Positions 17,486 through 25,488 of a stretch of 26,371 nucleotides of DNA are shown here, in pieces (position 1 is the first letter of the stretch; each line of letters starts with the position of its first letter). Below the pieces are notes generated by a model, which saw only the letters and a program-made list of their open reading frames with translations, was not told where the DNA came from and made no database searches. Source of the stretch: a virus (lineage: Duplodnaviria > Caudoviricetes); IMG/VR virus record IMGVR_UViG_3300027806_000141, positions 1-26,371 of that record; one strand, given 5' to 3'. Made by a program: the position numbers and the translations under genes.

Positions 17486-18607
17486 ATGGCACAACATAGT
17501 CGTATTGTCGGCGGCTCGACCGCCAAGCGCGTCATCGCCTGCCCCGGCAGCGTGGCGCTGGTGGACAAGATGCCGCCCAAGCCCAGCAGCAGCTACGCCG
17601 ACACCGGCACCCTGCTGCACGACACGATTGCGGACGTTCTGCTGAAGGACGCAGACCCCAGCAGCTTCATCGGGCGCAAGCATCAGGACATCGAACTGAC
17701 GCAAGACCTGATCGACGACAAGCTGCTGCCCGCGCTGCGGGCGCTGGACGCGGTCGATCCTAAAGCGGAGATGGAGTATGCGGTCGAAAGCGTGGTCGGC
17801 TTTGGCGATTTTCTGCCTGATGTCTTCGGCAGCGTGGACCTTATTGGTCGCCTTGGCCGTCGCGCTATCGTGCTGGATTGGAAGTTTGGCGATGGCGTCC
17901 CGGTCGAAGTCGAAGAGAACGCCCAGTTACTCTTCTACTCTGCGGCTGCTATCCGTACGCCGGCAACGGCATGGGTATTCGAGGACGTTGACGAAGTCGA
18001 ACTGATCATCGTCCAGCCGCCCAGCGTGAAGCGCTGGACGACCACGGTGGAGCGCGTGAAGCAGTTCGAGGACGAACTGGCCCGCGCCGTCAAGGTGGCG
18101 CTGAAGCCGAACGCACCGCTGGCTGCTGGCGATCACTGCAAGTGGTGCGCCGCCAAGCCGGTCTGCCCGCTGATGACCGGCGCTATCGACCGCATCGTCA
18201 AGGCCAAGATCGAAGCGCTGCCGGTCGAGCAGATCGCGCACTATCTGGAGCAAATCCCGATGGTGGAGTCGTTCATCAAGGACTTGCAGCAGTTGGCGCA
18301 CGGCCTGATCGAAGAAGGTAACGCCGTGCCCGGCTGGAAGCTGGTCAACAAACGCGCGACGCGCCAGTGGACCGACGCAGACAAGGCCGCGGCCTATCTG
18401 ATGCAGGTCGGTGTCGAGCCGTACGAAGAAAAGATCATCTCGCCCGCAGCGGCCGAAAAGGTGCTGAAGAAGGCGAAGCAGAACTTGCCCGACGATCTCG
18501 TGATCGCCGTGTCAAGCGGTTCCACCCTCGCGCCGGAGAGCGATCCCCGGCCGGCGGTGGTGCCAATCGGTCAGACGCTCAAGAAGGCTATGGCCAAAAT
18601 CCAGTAA
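17486..18607 (+). CDS. Cas4-like PD-(D/E)XK exonuclease, DUF2800 family
   Basis: CPGS..., GTLLH, FGSVD, LDWKFGDG, QLLFY and CKWCAAKPVC (four-Cys Fe-S-type ligand pattern). Confidence 0.9.
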   Translation: MAQHSRIVGGSTAKRVIACPGSVALVDKMPPKPSSSYADTGTLLHDTIADVLLKDADPSSFIGRKHQDIELTQDLIDDKLLPALRALDAVDPKAEMEYAVESVVGFGDFLPDVFGSVDLIGRLGRRAIVLDWKFGDGVPVEVEENAQLLFYSAAAIRTPATAWVFEDVDEVELIIVQPPSVKRWTTTVERVKQFEDELARAVKVALKPNAPLAAGDHCKWCAAKPVCPLMTGAIDRIVKAKIEALPVEQIAHYLEQIPMVESFIKDLQQLAHGLIEEGNAVPGWKLVNKRATRQWTDADKAAAYLMQVGVEPYEEKIISPAAAEKVLKKAKQNLPDDLVIAVSSGSTLAPESDPRPAVVPIGQTLKKAMAKIQ

Positions 18608-18630
18608 CGTAACGAAGAAGGAGTACAATA

Positions 18631-19296
18631 ATGTCTGATGTAGTGAAGTTCGGTGGCGCCAACCTGCCGTCGGTCAAGTCCCTGTCGTCCGCTCTGCGCT
18701 CTATTGAGGCTGAAGTCGGCGGTTCGGGCGGAATGGTCATCCTCAAGATGGACAAGACCGGACACTGGGTCTTCGGCGCCGATCAGACCGAAGTGGAAGA
18801 TGACAGCGTCTGGGCGATCAACCCGTTCTCGTTCGTCCACGGCTATATTGCGTGGGGCGACGGTCAGGTCGTGGCCGAGAAGATGGCACCGGTGCATGAG
18901 CCGCTGCCGGAAACCGGTCCGGCCCCTGAAACGGCCAAGCGCGGCTGGGAAATGCAGGTCGGCATGACGCTGGCGTGCACCAACGGCGAAGACAAGGGCC
19001 TTCAGGCCCGCTACACGGCCACCTCGGTGGGCGGCAAGCGTGCTGTGCAGGCGCTGGCGCTGGCCATCGCCGATCAGGCCGACAAGAACCCGGACAAGCC
19101 GGTCCCGCTGGTGCGGCTCAAGAAGGAGCACTACCAGCACAAGTCGTACGGGCGCATCTACACGCCGGTGTTCGACATCATTGACTGGTCCTCGCTGGAC
19201 GCAGATAGTGCGGACGTGGCTGCGGCCGCGGACGTTGACGACGAGCAGGATGACGCCACCGAGGCTCCCCGCCGTCGCCGTCGCGTCGTAGCGTAA
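18631..19296 (+). CDS. Putative single-stranded DNA-binding protein
   Basis: Lies between the DUF2800 nuclease and DNA polymerase; aromatic-rich core and acidic C-terminal tail; strong AAGGAG RBS. Confidence 0.6.
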   Translation: MSDVVKFGGANLPSVKSLSSALRSIEAEVGGSGGMVILKMDKTGHWVFGADQTEVEDDSVWAINPFSFVHGYIAWGDGQVVAEKMAPVHEPLPETGPAPETAKRGWEMQVGMTLACTNGEDKGLQARYTATSVGGKRAVQALALAIADQADKNPDKPVPLVRLKKEHYQHKSYGRIYTPVFDIIDWSSLDADSADVAAAADVDDEQDDATEAPRRRRRVVA

Positions 19297-19301
19297 GGGG
19301 G

Positions 19302-19372
19302 CGCGAAAGCTGGAGCGGCGGCGGTACACCCACGCCGTCGCTCCAGCGAGTAGCGGATGAAGTGAGGCATCC
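19302..19372 (+). ncRNA. Candidate cis-regulatory RNA structure upstream of DNA polymerase
   Basis: CGC-GAAA-[15-bp stem 19309-19323/19333-19347]-GAGTA-GCG, then a GGATG/CATCC hairpin enclosing the GAGG RBS; no U-tract. Confidence 0.55.
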
Positions 19373-21334
19373 GTGACTATACTCTGGCTTGATTTTGAGA
19401 CGCGGTCGCGTTGCGACCTGAAGAGCAAAGGCGTCTACAACTACGCGATGGACCTGAGCACCGACGTGCTCTGCATGTCCTACGCGTTCGACGACGAAGA
19501 GGTGCGGACGTGGCTGCCGGGGCAGCCTTTCCCGCAAGCCGTCGCCAACCACACCGGGCAGATCAGGGCGCACAACGCGGCCTTCGAGCGCCTGATATTC
19601 TGGTACGTCCTGCAAGTGCCGTTCAAGCTGGAGCAGTTCTACTGCACCGCAGCGCAGGCCCGCGCCAACTGCGCGCCGGGCAGCCTTGAGGACGTGGGCC
19701 GGTTCGCCGGGGCCAGTATGCGCAAGGACCACCGCGGCGCGCAACTCATTCGGCTGTTGTCGATCCCGCAGGCTGATGGCACCTTCCGCGAGGACGCCGA
19801 CCTGATGGCCGAGATGGTAGCGTACTGCGAGAGCGACGTGCGTGCCATGCGGGCGATCAGTCAGGCGCTGCGGGAGTTGTCGGCCGATGAACTGCACGAC
19901 TATCACGTTAATGAGCGTATCAATGACCGCGGCGTCCTGCTTGATAAACCTCTGGCTCTGGCGGCGGTGCGCTACGCAGAAGCGGAAGCTGACGACATAC
20001 AGGACATCGTTCGTGAAGTTACTGAGGGCGCGATCACGTCGGTCCGCAGCCCGAAGATGCGCAAGTGGGTTCTCGACCGCGTCGGACCGCAGGCGCTGAA
20101 ACTGGCCACGGTTTACAAGGATGGCGAGGCCAAGCTATCCATCGACAAGAACGTGCGCGCCAACCTGCTGGCGCTGGCGGAGGAAAACCCTGATGAAGTC
20201 CCGGCTGAAGTGGCGGAAGTTATCCAGTGCGCGGATGATCTCTGGGCCTCGTCCGTGGCGAAGTTCGCAAGGGCAGCGGCGCTGGCTGATGAGGAAGATA
20301 GCCGAGTTAGAGGCGCGTTCGTATTTGCAGGAGGTAGCGCTACTGGCCGCGCTTCATCGTTTGGGCTTCAGGTCCACAACTTCCCCCGAAAGTGTGCAGC
20401 CGACCCGGCACTAGCCCGCGAGGCTATCGTCCGCGGGCACAAGATCGTGCCAAAGTTCGGCCGCCGCGTGACCGACGTGCTGAAGGGTATGCTGCGGCCC
20501 GCGCTGATGGCCGCGCCGGGCAAGCATCTGGTCGTGGCCGACTGGGCGGCCATCGAAGCGCGGGTGACGCCGTGGGCGTCGAACACCAACAGCGGCGCGG
20601 CCAAGCTGGGCATCTTCGAGCGCGGCGAGGACGTGTACAAGCACAACGCTGCGGCGACGTTCCGCGTCGATTACGAAGCTGTGGATAAAGACCAGCGCCA
20701 GATCGGGAAGGTGCAGGAATTGGCCTGCGGTTTCGCCGGCGGTGTGGGTGCCTTCGCCGCGATGGGCCGCATCTACAACGTGATCCTGTCCGAGCACGAG
20801 AGCCGGCGCATGGTCGATGGCTGGCGCCGGGCGAACCCGTGGGCGCCGGTCTACTGGGGCAAGCTGGAGCACGCCTACTCGGCCGCCATGCGCAATCCCG
20901 GCAGGGAGTTTTCCGCCGGTCGGGTCACATATTTATACGACACACAGCATCTTTGGTATGCCCTGCCGAGCGGACGTGTGTTATGCTATCCGTTCGCCCG
21001 CTTCGATGAGGAGGGCAACATCACCTACGCGAAGGCGTCGTGGAAGCCCGCGGCCGACGCGAAGGAATGGCCCCGCGCTAGGCTCTGGCGCGGTCTGGCC
21101 TGCGAGAACATAACGCAAGCGGTGGCCAACGACCTGTTGCGCCACACGCTGCGGCGGCTGGAAGAGGAAGGGTTGGACTGCGTGCTCCACGTTCATGACG
21201 AAGTTGTGCTGGAGACTGCCGACCCTGAAGCCGCGGCCGCTGCGCTGCTCAAGATCATGACAACCGCGCCAGCGTGGGCCGAGGGCCTGCCGCTGAACGC
21301 GGAAGTTGCCACCATGACCCGTTACGGGAAGTAG
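19373..21334 (+). CDS. DNA polymerase, family A, with 3'-5' exonuclease
   Basis: Exo motifs LDFET, HNAAFE, YCESDV; polymerase motifs DWAAIEARV, RQIGKVQELACGF, HVHDEV. Confidence 0.95.
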   Translation: MTILWLDFETRSRCDLKSKGVYNYAMDLSTDVLCMSYAFDDEEVRTWLPGQPFPQAVANHTGQIRAHNAAFERLIFWYVLQVPFKLEQFYCTAAQARANCAPGSLEDVGRFAGASMRKDHRGAQLIRLLSIPQADGTFREDADLMAEMVAYCESDVRAMRAISQALRELSADELHDYHVNERINDRGVLLDKPLALAAVRYAEAEADDIQDIVREVTEGAITSVRSPKMRKWVLDRVGPQALKLATVYKDGEAKLSIDKNVRANLLALAEENPDEVPAEVAEVIQCADDLWASSVAKFARAAALADEEDSRVRGAFVFAGGSATGRASSFGLQVHNFPRKCAADPALAREAIVRGHKIVPKFGRRVTDVLKGMLRPALMAAPGKHLVVADWAAIEARVTPWASNTNSGAAKLGIFERGEDVYKHNAAATFRVDYEAVDKDQRQIGKVQELACGFAGGVGAFAAMGRIYNVILSEHESRRMVDGWRRANPWAPVYWGKLEHAYSAAMRNPGREFSAGRVTYLYDTQHLWYALPSGRVLCYPFARFDEEGNITYAKASWKPAADAKEWPRARLWRGLACENITQAVANDLLRHTLRRLEEEGLDCVLHVHDEVVLETADPEAAAAALLKIMTTAPAWAEGLPLNAEVATMTRYGK

Positions 21335-21344
21335 GAGAGACGCG

Positions 21345-23705
21345 ATGAGTGAGGATCGCACTAAGTTTATCGAGTTCATCACAGGTCTGGCCGACGTTGA
21401 AGGCGAGACCGCGCTGCTGCTGAAGCAGAAGCCGAAGCTGGATGATGGGGGCAACATCGTCTACCACGGCGACGGCGCGCCCAAGGCGACGTTCCCGGCG
21501 TTCATGCCGGACAAGGCCCGCATCAAGGATGGCGAGGCGTGGTACGTCAACACCGGCTCGTTCATCATCGACCGCTTCAAGGACAACAAGCCGGGCGCTC
21601 GCGGCGAGTACTGCGACTTCGTCCTGTTCATGATGCTGGATGACATTGGCACGAAGTCGAAGACGCCACTCATCGAACCGACGTGGATCATGGAAACGTC
21701 CGAGGGGTCGTTCCAGTGGGGCTACGCGTTCAGCACGCAGCCGACCAAGCAGGAGTTCACCGCCGCGATCAAGGTCATCGCCGACGCAGGCTATACCGAT
21801 CCGGGCGCGAACAATCCTGTGCGCAACTGCCGCCTGCCGGGCAGCATCAACCTGAAGCGCGGGCGGAACAACTTTCCGGCGCGGCTGGTCGAGTTTCACC
21901 CTGAGCGCGAGTACACGCTGGGCGAGATTTGCGACGCGCTGGGCGTCGTGCCGGCCGAGGCGGACACGGCCGAGTTTCGGCATGTGTCGATCCGGGACAC
22001 GGGCGGCGACACCGTGCTGCAATGGCTGTCGGACAACAACCTCGTGCTGTCACGCGTCAACAACGACGGCTGGTGCGGCATCGTCTGCCCTAACCATGCC
22101 GAACACACCGACGGCGCGCTGGAGGCCCGCTACAAGCCGCTGGACCGCTCGTTCTGCTGCTACCACGGCCACTGCCAGCACCTCGACAGCCGCACCTTCC
22201 TCGACTGGGTCGCCGAGAACGACGGCCCGCGGGTGACGCCGGGGCTGCGCGACGAACTGATCGCCGAGCGCATGAAGATGATGGCCGACAAGATCATGCC
22301 GACCGAAGCGTTTCCCGACGAGGCGTCGGCGATTGTGAAGGAAGTCGAGCGCAAGGAAGCCGGGCGGCTGGAGAAGGCCGAGTGGTTCGAGCGCTTCGCC
22401 TACATTCAGTCCGACGACAGCTATTTCGACATGGTGACGCGGCGGGAGTTGCCGCGCAACGTCTTCAACGCGCTGTTCCGGCACGTCGAGTGCAAGTCGA
22501 TGCACGGTGCGAAGAAGAACCGCGTGCAGGCCAGCATCTACTTCGACGAGCGCCGGCAGGAGTACGGCGCGAAGGCGCTGGTCGGCGTGACCTACGCGCC
22601 GGGCGAGGGCGTGCTGGTGGCGCGCGATGGGCTGGTATACGGCAACACATGGATCAACCACCGGCCGGACCTGTCCGGCAGCGACATCATCAGCGACCGC
22701 GACATCGCGCCGTGGCTGGACCACTGCCGCACGCTGATCGAAGAACCGGCCGAACTGGAGCATGTCTTGAACGTGATGGCGTTCAAGGTGCAGCACCCCA
22801 ACATCAAGATCAACCACGCAGTGCTGCACGGCGGCGACGAGGGCAGCGGCAAGGACACCATGTGGGCACCATTCCTGTGGGCCATCGGCGGCGAACACCA
22901 GCACAACCGGTCGATCATCGAGACGAAGGGGCTGGACAGCCAGTGGGGCTACGGCTTGCAGGCTGAAGTGGTGATCCTGAACGAGTTGAAGGAGCCAGAG
23001 GCCAAGGAGCGCCGGGCGCTGGCGAACAAGCTGAAGCCGATCATCGCCGCGCCGCCGGAGACGATCACGATCAACCGCAAGGGCCTGCACCCGTACGAGA
23101 TGCTGAACCGTCTGCTGGTGATCGCGTTCACCAATGACGCAGTGCCGATCACGATCCCGTCGCAGGACCGGCGCTGGTTCTGCGTCTGGAGCCGCGCGCC
23201 GCGCATGGACGAGGACGAGGCGGTCAAGATGTGGGCATGGTACAAGCGGGAAGGCTTTGCCAAGATCGCGGCGTGGTTGCACCAGCGCGACGTTTCAGCG
23301 TTCAACCCTGCGGCCAAGCCGCCGGTGACGGAATGGAAGCTGAACATGGTCGAGCATGGCATGAGCATGACCGAGAGCAGCATCGTCGATATGATCCACA
23401 GCCGGATCGCGCCGTTCAACCGCGGCGTGATCGCCGGGCCGCTGTACCGCGTATGCGCTACCATTGCGGACCATCTGCAAACGTCGGTGGCCAAGGTGCC
23501 GCAGGCGGTCGTGCTGCACGCGCTCAAGGAAGCGAACTGGGTGGACTGCGGTCGGCTGCACTCGCGGGACTTTCCGACCAAAAAGCAGGTCTTCGCCGAA
23601 CGGGCGATGATGGAGCGCCTGAAGTGGGGCAAGTCCGAGTTGCGGCGCATGGTTGAACAGGATGGGGTTGCATCGGACGACAAGAAAGTGGTAGGCATCC
23701 GCTAG
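21345..23705 (+). CDS. Primase-helicase (RepB-like primase, Zn-binding region, SF3/DUF5906-type NTPase)
   Basis: MLDD, ETSEGSFQWGY, RLPGSIN primase motifs; CPNHAEH...CYHGHC; GDEGSGKDT Walker A, ILNE Walker B, FTN and DRRW. Confidence 0.88.
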   Translation: MSEDRTKFIEFITGLADVEGETALLLKQKPKLDDGGNIVYHGDGAPKATFPAFMPDKARIKDGEAWYVNTGSFIIDRFKDNKPGARGEYCDFVLFMMLDDIGTKSKTPLIEPTWIMETSEGSFQWGYAFSTQPTKQEFTAAIKVIADAGYTDPGANNPVRNCRLPGSINLKRGRNNFPARLVEFHPEREYTLGEICDALGVVPAEADTAEFRHVSIRDTGGDTVLQWLSDNNLVLSRVNNDGWCGIVCPNHAEHTDGALEARYKPLDRSFCCYHGHCQHLDSRTFLDWVAENDGPRVTPGLRDELIAERMKMMADKIMPTEAFPDEASAIVKEVERKEAGRLEKAEWFERFAYIQSDDSYFDMVTRRELPRNVFNALFRHVECKSMHGAKKNRVQASIYFDERRQEYGAKALVGVTYAPGEGVLVARDGLVYGNTWINHRPDLSGSDIISDRDIAPWLDHCRTLIEEPAELEHVLNVMAFKVQHPNIKINHAVLHGGDEGSGKDTMWAPFLWAIGGEHQHNRSIIETKGLDSQWGYGLQAEVVILNELKEPEAKERRALANKLKPIIAAPPETITINRKGLHPYEMLNRLLVIAFTNDAVPITIPSQDRRWFCVWSRAPRMDEDEAVKMWAWYKREGFAKIAAWLHQRDVSAFNPAAKPPVTEWKLNMVEHGMSMTESSIVDMIHSRIAPFNRGVIAGPLYRVCATIADHLQTSVAKVPQAVVLHALKEANWVDCGRLHSRDFPTKKQVFAERAMMERLKWGKSELRRMVEQDGVASDDKKVVGIR

Positions 23706-23731
23706 TCACGTTTGCTCCGTAGACTAACCCT

Positions 23732-23770
23732 AAGCCCCGGCGGTCCTCACTCCGCCGGGGCTTTTCTTTT
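23732..23770 (+). terminator. Rho-independent terminator between convergent operons
   Basis: AAGCCCCGGCGG-8 nt-CCGCCGGGGCTT followed by TTCTTTT. Confidence 0.85.
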
Positions 23771-23981
23771 ATCTAACGCGCGTCACCGTCATGATGCGCG
23801 TGACGCGGTCGGTCTTGCAGCGATAGCCGCGGTTGTGCCGCAGGCCATACTGGCTGGCATTGCGGGCGATGCGTTTAACGTCGGCGGCGGTGGGCACGTC
23901 CAGCTTGACGGTCTCGCCTACGTCCATCGCGGCGAAGGGATAGGTCGTCGGGCGACCGAAGGGGTTAGAAACGAAGGTCAT
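23769..23981 (-). CDS. Small basic protein, possible DNA-binding
   Basis: 70 aa; GRPTTYPFAAMDVGE motif typical of small phage proteins. Confidence 0.7.
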   Translation of the reverse strand: MTFVSNPFGRPTTYPFAAMDVGETVKLDVPTAADVKRIARNASQYGLRHNRGYRCKTDRVTRIMTVTRVR

Positions 23982-24048
23982 CAGGACTCCAGTCGTAAAT
24001 GTCCCAGCCGAAGTTGACCCAGAGCCAGTGGCGCAGGCTAGGCGTCAT
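23965..24048 (-). CDS. Trp-rich micropeptide (27 aa)
   Basis: MTPSLRHWLWVNFGWDIYDWSPDDLRF*; overlaps both neighbours and fills the gap. Confidence 0.45.
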   Translation of the reverse strand: MTPSLRHWLWVNFGWDIYDWSPDDLRF

Positions 24049-24202
24049 CGGCTGGGCCTTGGTAGATCACGCGGACTTCGAACTGATGCCCGCACCACTC
24101 CAGCGGGAAACGTGCGTAGCAGTCCGGCATGAACAGCCGCAGCTTGTCGGCATCGGCCAGCACGCGCCGCCCGATGTAGTCGGCCAGTTCGTCCTCACTC
24201 AT
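24038..24202 (-). CDS. Hypothetical protein (54 aa)
   Basis: MSEDELADYIGRRVL...QGPADDA*; GGAG RBS; high GC3. Confidence 0.65.
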   Translation of the reverse strand: MSEDELADYIGRRVLADADKLRLFMPDCYARFPLEWCGHQFEVRVIYQGPADDA

Positions 24203-24422
24203 AGCTTGTCTCCACAAGGCTGTGTCCCAGCTTGGTTAGGATCAGCCCGAACACCTGCTCTTGGTCGTAAGATGTCCTTCCGTAGCAGGAGGGTTCCGGC
24301 TCAAGGTCGAGCGCCAGTTCGCCATCAAAGTAGACCCGTGCGCCTTCGGAGTAGCCGCCGCTGCAACCGGCTTGGTCGCAGTCTGTGCTGGCGGACAGCC
24401 ATTCAATGCGGATGTAGGTCAT
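24195..24422 (-). CDS. Hypothetical protein (75 aa)
   Basis: MTYIRIEWLSASTDCDQAGC...; GGAGG RBS; ATGA overlap with the upstream stop. Confidence 0.7.
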   Translation of the reverse strand: MTYIRIEWLSASTDCDQAGCSGGYSEGARVYFDGELALDLEPEPSCYGRTSYDQEQVFGLILTKLGHSLVETSYE

Positions 24423-24559
24423 TTCCGCGCCTCCCAATTTCCAGCCTCTCGACTTCCAATTTCCGCTTTGAGCTTCTTGAAAATCGCCAGCATCGTGAGG
24501 TGGTGAAACCAAACGCCAGCGATAAAGCCGACACAGGCTCCGATAATCATATCAGTCAT
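24419..24559 (-). CDS. Small membrane protein (46 aa)
   Basis: MTDMIIGACVGFIAGVWFHHLTMLAIFKKLK...; AGGAG RBS; N-terminal hydrophobic segment. Confidence 0.6.
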   Translation of the reverse strand: MTDMIIGACVGFIAGVWFHHLTMLAIFKKLKAEIGSREAGNWEARK

Positions 24560-24683
24560 GGCCTTCTCCTAGTGCTGCGCGGGCTGCGTCTTGCGCCTCT
24601 AGTGGGCCGTCAAACCACGCAATGTCGTCACCATCACGAACCCAGTAGCGATCTTCTTTCTGGCTAAAATGTACTGCTGGCAT
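24552..24683 (-). CDS. Hypothetical protein (43 aa)
   Basis: MPAVHFSQKEDRYWVRDG...AARAALGEGHD*; GGAGGAG RBS. Confidence 0.6.
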   Translation of the reverse strand: MPAVHFSQKEDRYWVRDGDDIAWFDGPLEAQDAARAALGEGHD

Positions 24684-24709
24684 CAAAATTCTCCTCCCGT
24701 TGCAGTCGT

Positions 24710-24866
24710 TCAATCAGCGTCATGGCTCAAACCCCTCATCACTCCCCATGATGTATTCAAAGCACAGCTCACAAAGTTCGGTGGCGCAATCGACGCCAGT
24801 GGGAGGATTGTCGCCGCAGTTTGCGCAAACCACTTCCGGGCAATCTTCATCGTCAATCAGCGTCAT
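24710..24866. repeat. 14-bp direct repeat TCAATCAGCGTCAT
   Basis: Identical copies at 24710-24723 and 24853-24866; on the minus strand ATGACGCTGATTGA (gene start MTLI). Confidence 0.85.
24720..24866 (-). CDS. Small acidic Cys-rich protein (48 aa), putative zinc finger
   Basis: MTLIDDEDCPEVVCANCGDNPPTGVDCATELCELCFEYI...; CxxC...CxxC; GGAG RBS. Confidence 0.6.
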   Translation of the reverse strand: MTLIDDEDCPEVVCANCGDNPPTGVDCATELCELCFEYIMGSDEGFEP

Positions 24867-25166
24867 TGAACCGTCTCCCTAATTGCCTTGCGCAAGTGGT
24901 CAGTCATGCCGCCCAGTTGTTCGAGGCGCGCGGCCAGTTCTGCGTTGACGCTGGCCAGACGGTCGGCCCGCTCGGCGGTGCGATACAGCACTTCCTTGAG
25001 CAGGGACGGGCGGTCGGCGTTCTTCCAGATGCCCTGCTTCCAATCGGCGGCGACCGTGTTCTGCAATGTAAGCGGCAAAAGCATCTAGGTGGGTAAAGCC
25101 ACGCTTATTGCGTAGTTCCTGCGCCCTAGCGAAAGCCCAGTCGGGTGGCGTTTGCTCGTCAGTCAT
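24863..25166 (-). pseudogene. Chimeric or frameshifted small gene(s) beginning MTDEQTPPDW
   Basis: Protein-like sequence in one frame to ...AYIAEH (about 25056). Good codon usage then continues in a different frame (VAADWKQGIWK...LEQLGG), while the original frame runs on as Arg-rich sequence to 24900. Confidence 0.4.
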
Positions 25167-25180
25167 AGTCCCCAGTCCTC
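25150..25180. repeat. 31-bp perfect direct repeat, copy 1
   Basis: GTTTGCTCGTCAGTCATAGTCCCCAGTCCTC, identical to 25807-25837. Confidence 0.97.
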
Positions 25181-25488
25181 CTAATCTTGTCGGAATTGCC
25201 GACAGAGCCATAGCCGTTGCCGTCGCCGTCGCCGTCGCCGTTGCCGTAGCCATAGCCGTTGCCGTAGCCGTTGCCGTAGCCGTAGCCGTAGCCGTAGCCG
25301 TTGCCGTAGCCGTAGCCGTAGCCGTCGCCGTCGCCGTTGCCGTAGCCGTTGCCGTAGCCGTTGCCGTTGCCGTAGCCGTAGCCGTAGCCGTAGCCGTAGC
25401 CGTAGCCGTCGCCGTCGCCGTAGCCGTAGCCGTCGCCGTAGCCGTAGCCGTCGCCGTCGCCGACCGGCATGAAGGTGTTGGGGGCCAT
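25159..25488 (-). CDS. Glycine-rich (Gly-Tyr/Asp/Asn) repeat protein, 109 aa
   Basis: MAPNTFMPV-(GX)42-G-SVGNSDKIRRTGDYD*; ATG overlaps the upstream stop (TGATG); Gly codons all GGC. Confidence 0.7.
   Translation of the reverse strand: MAPNTFMPVGDGDGYGYGDGYGYGDGDGYGYGYGYGYGYGNGNGYGNGYGNGDGDGYGYGYGNGYGYGYGYGNGYGNGYGYGNGDGDGDGNGYGSVGNSDKIRRTGDYD
25207..25461 (-). repeat. Tandem hexamer array GGC-(T/G/A)AC, 42 units
   Basis: Directly visible; 23 Tyr, 10 Asp and 9 Asn units; two units end in TAT. Confidence 0.98.

Noticed and set aside
17133-17704. Extended N-termini given in the ORF track for the helicase and VRR-NUC
   Set aside because: The extensions overlap neighbouring genes and the promoter region; motifs begin at 17132 and 17386
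17486-18607. Cas4-like gene as evidence of a CRISPR-Cas system
   Set aside because: No array or other cas genes; it sits in the usual phage replication context next to SSB and polymerase
19302-19372. Hammerhead ribozyme or tRNA
   Set aside because: GAAA is present but the CUGANGA core and three-stem junction are not; no cloverleaf
2376-23282. Long antisense ORFs (for example 2376-3449, 10459-11826, 13086-14168, 22050-23282)
   Set aside because: Expected shadows of high-GC3 coding sequence; no motifs or RBS
25207-25461. Array as a CRISPR array or a diversity-generating retroelement variable region
   Set aside because: No repeat-spacer structure. Only the first base of the NAC codon varies whereas DGR mutagenesis would hit both adenines of AAC, and no reverse transcriptase or template repeat is in the window
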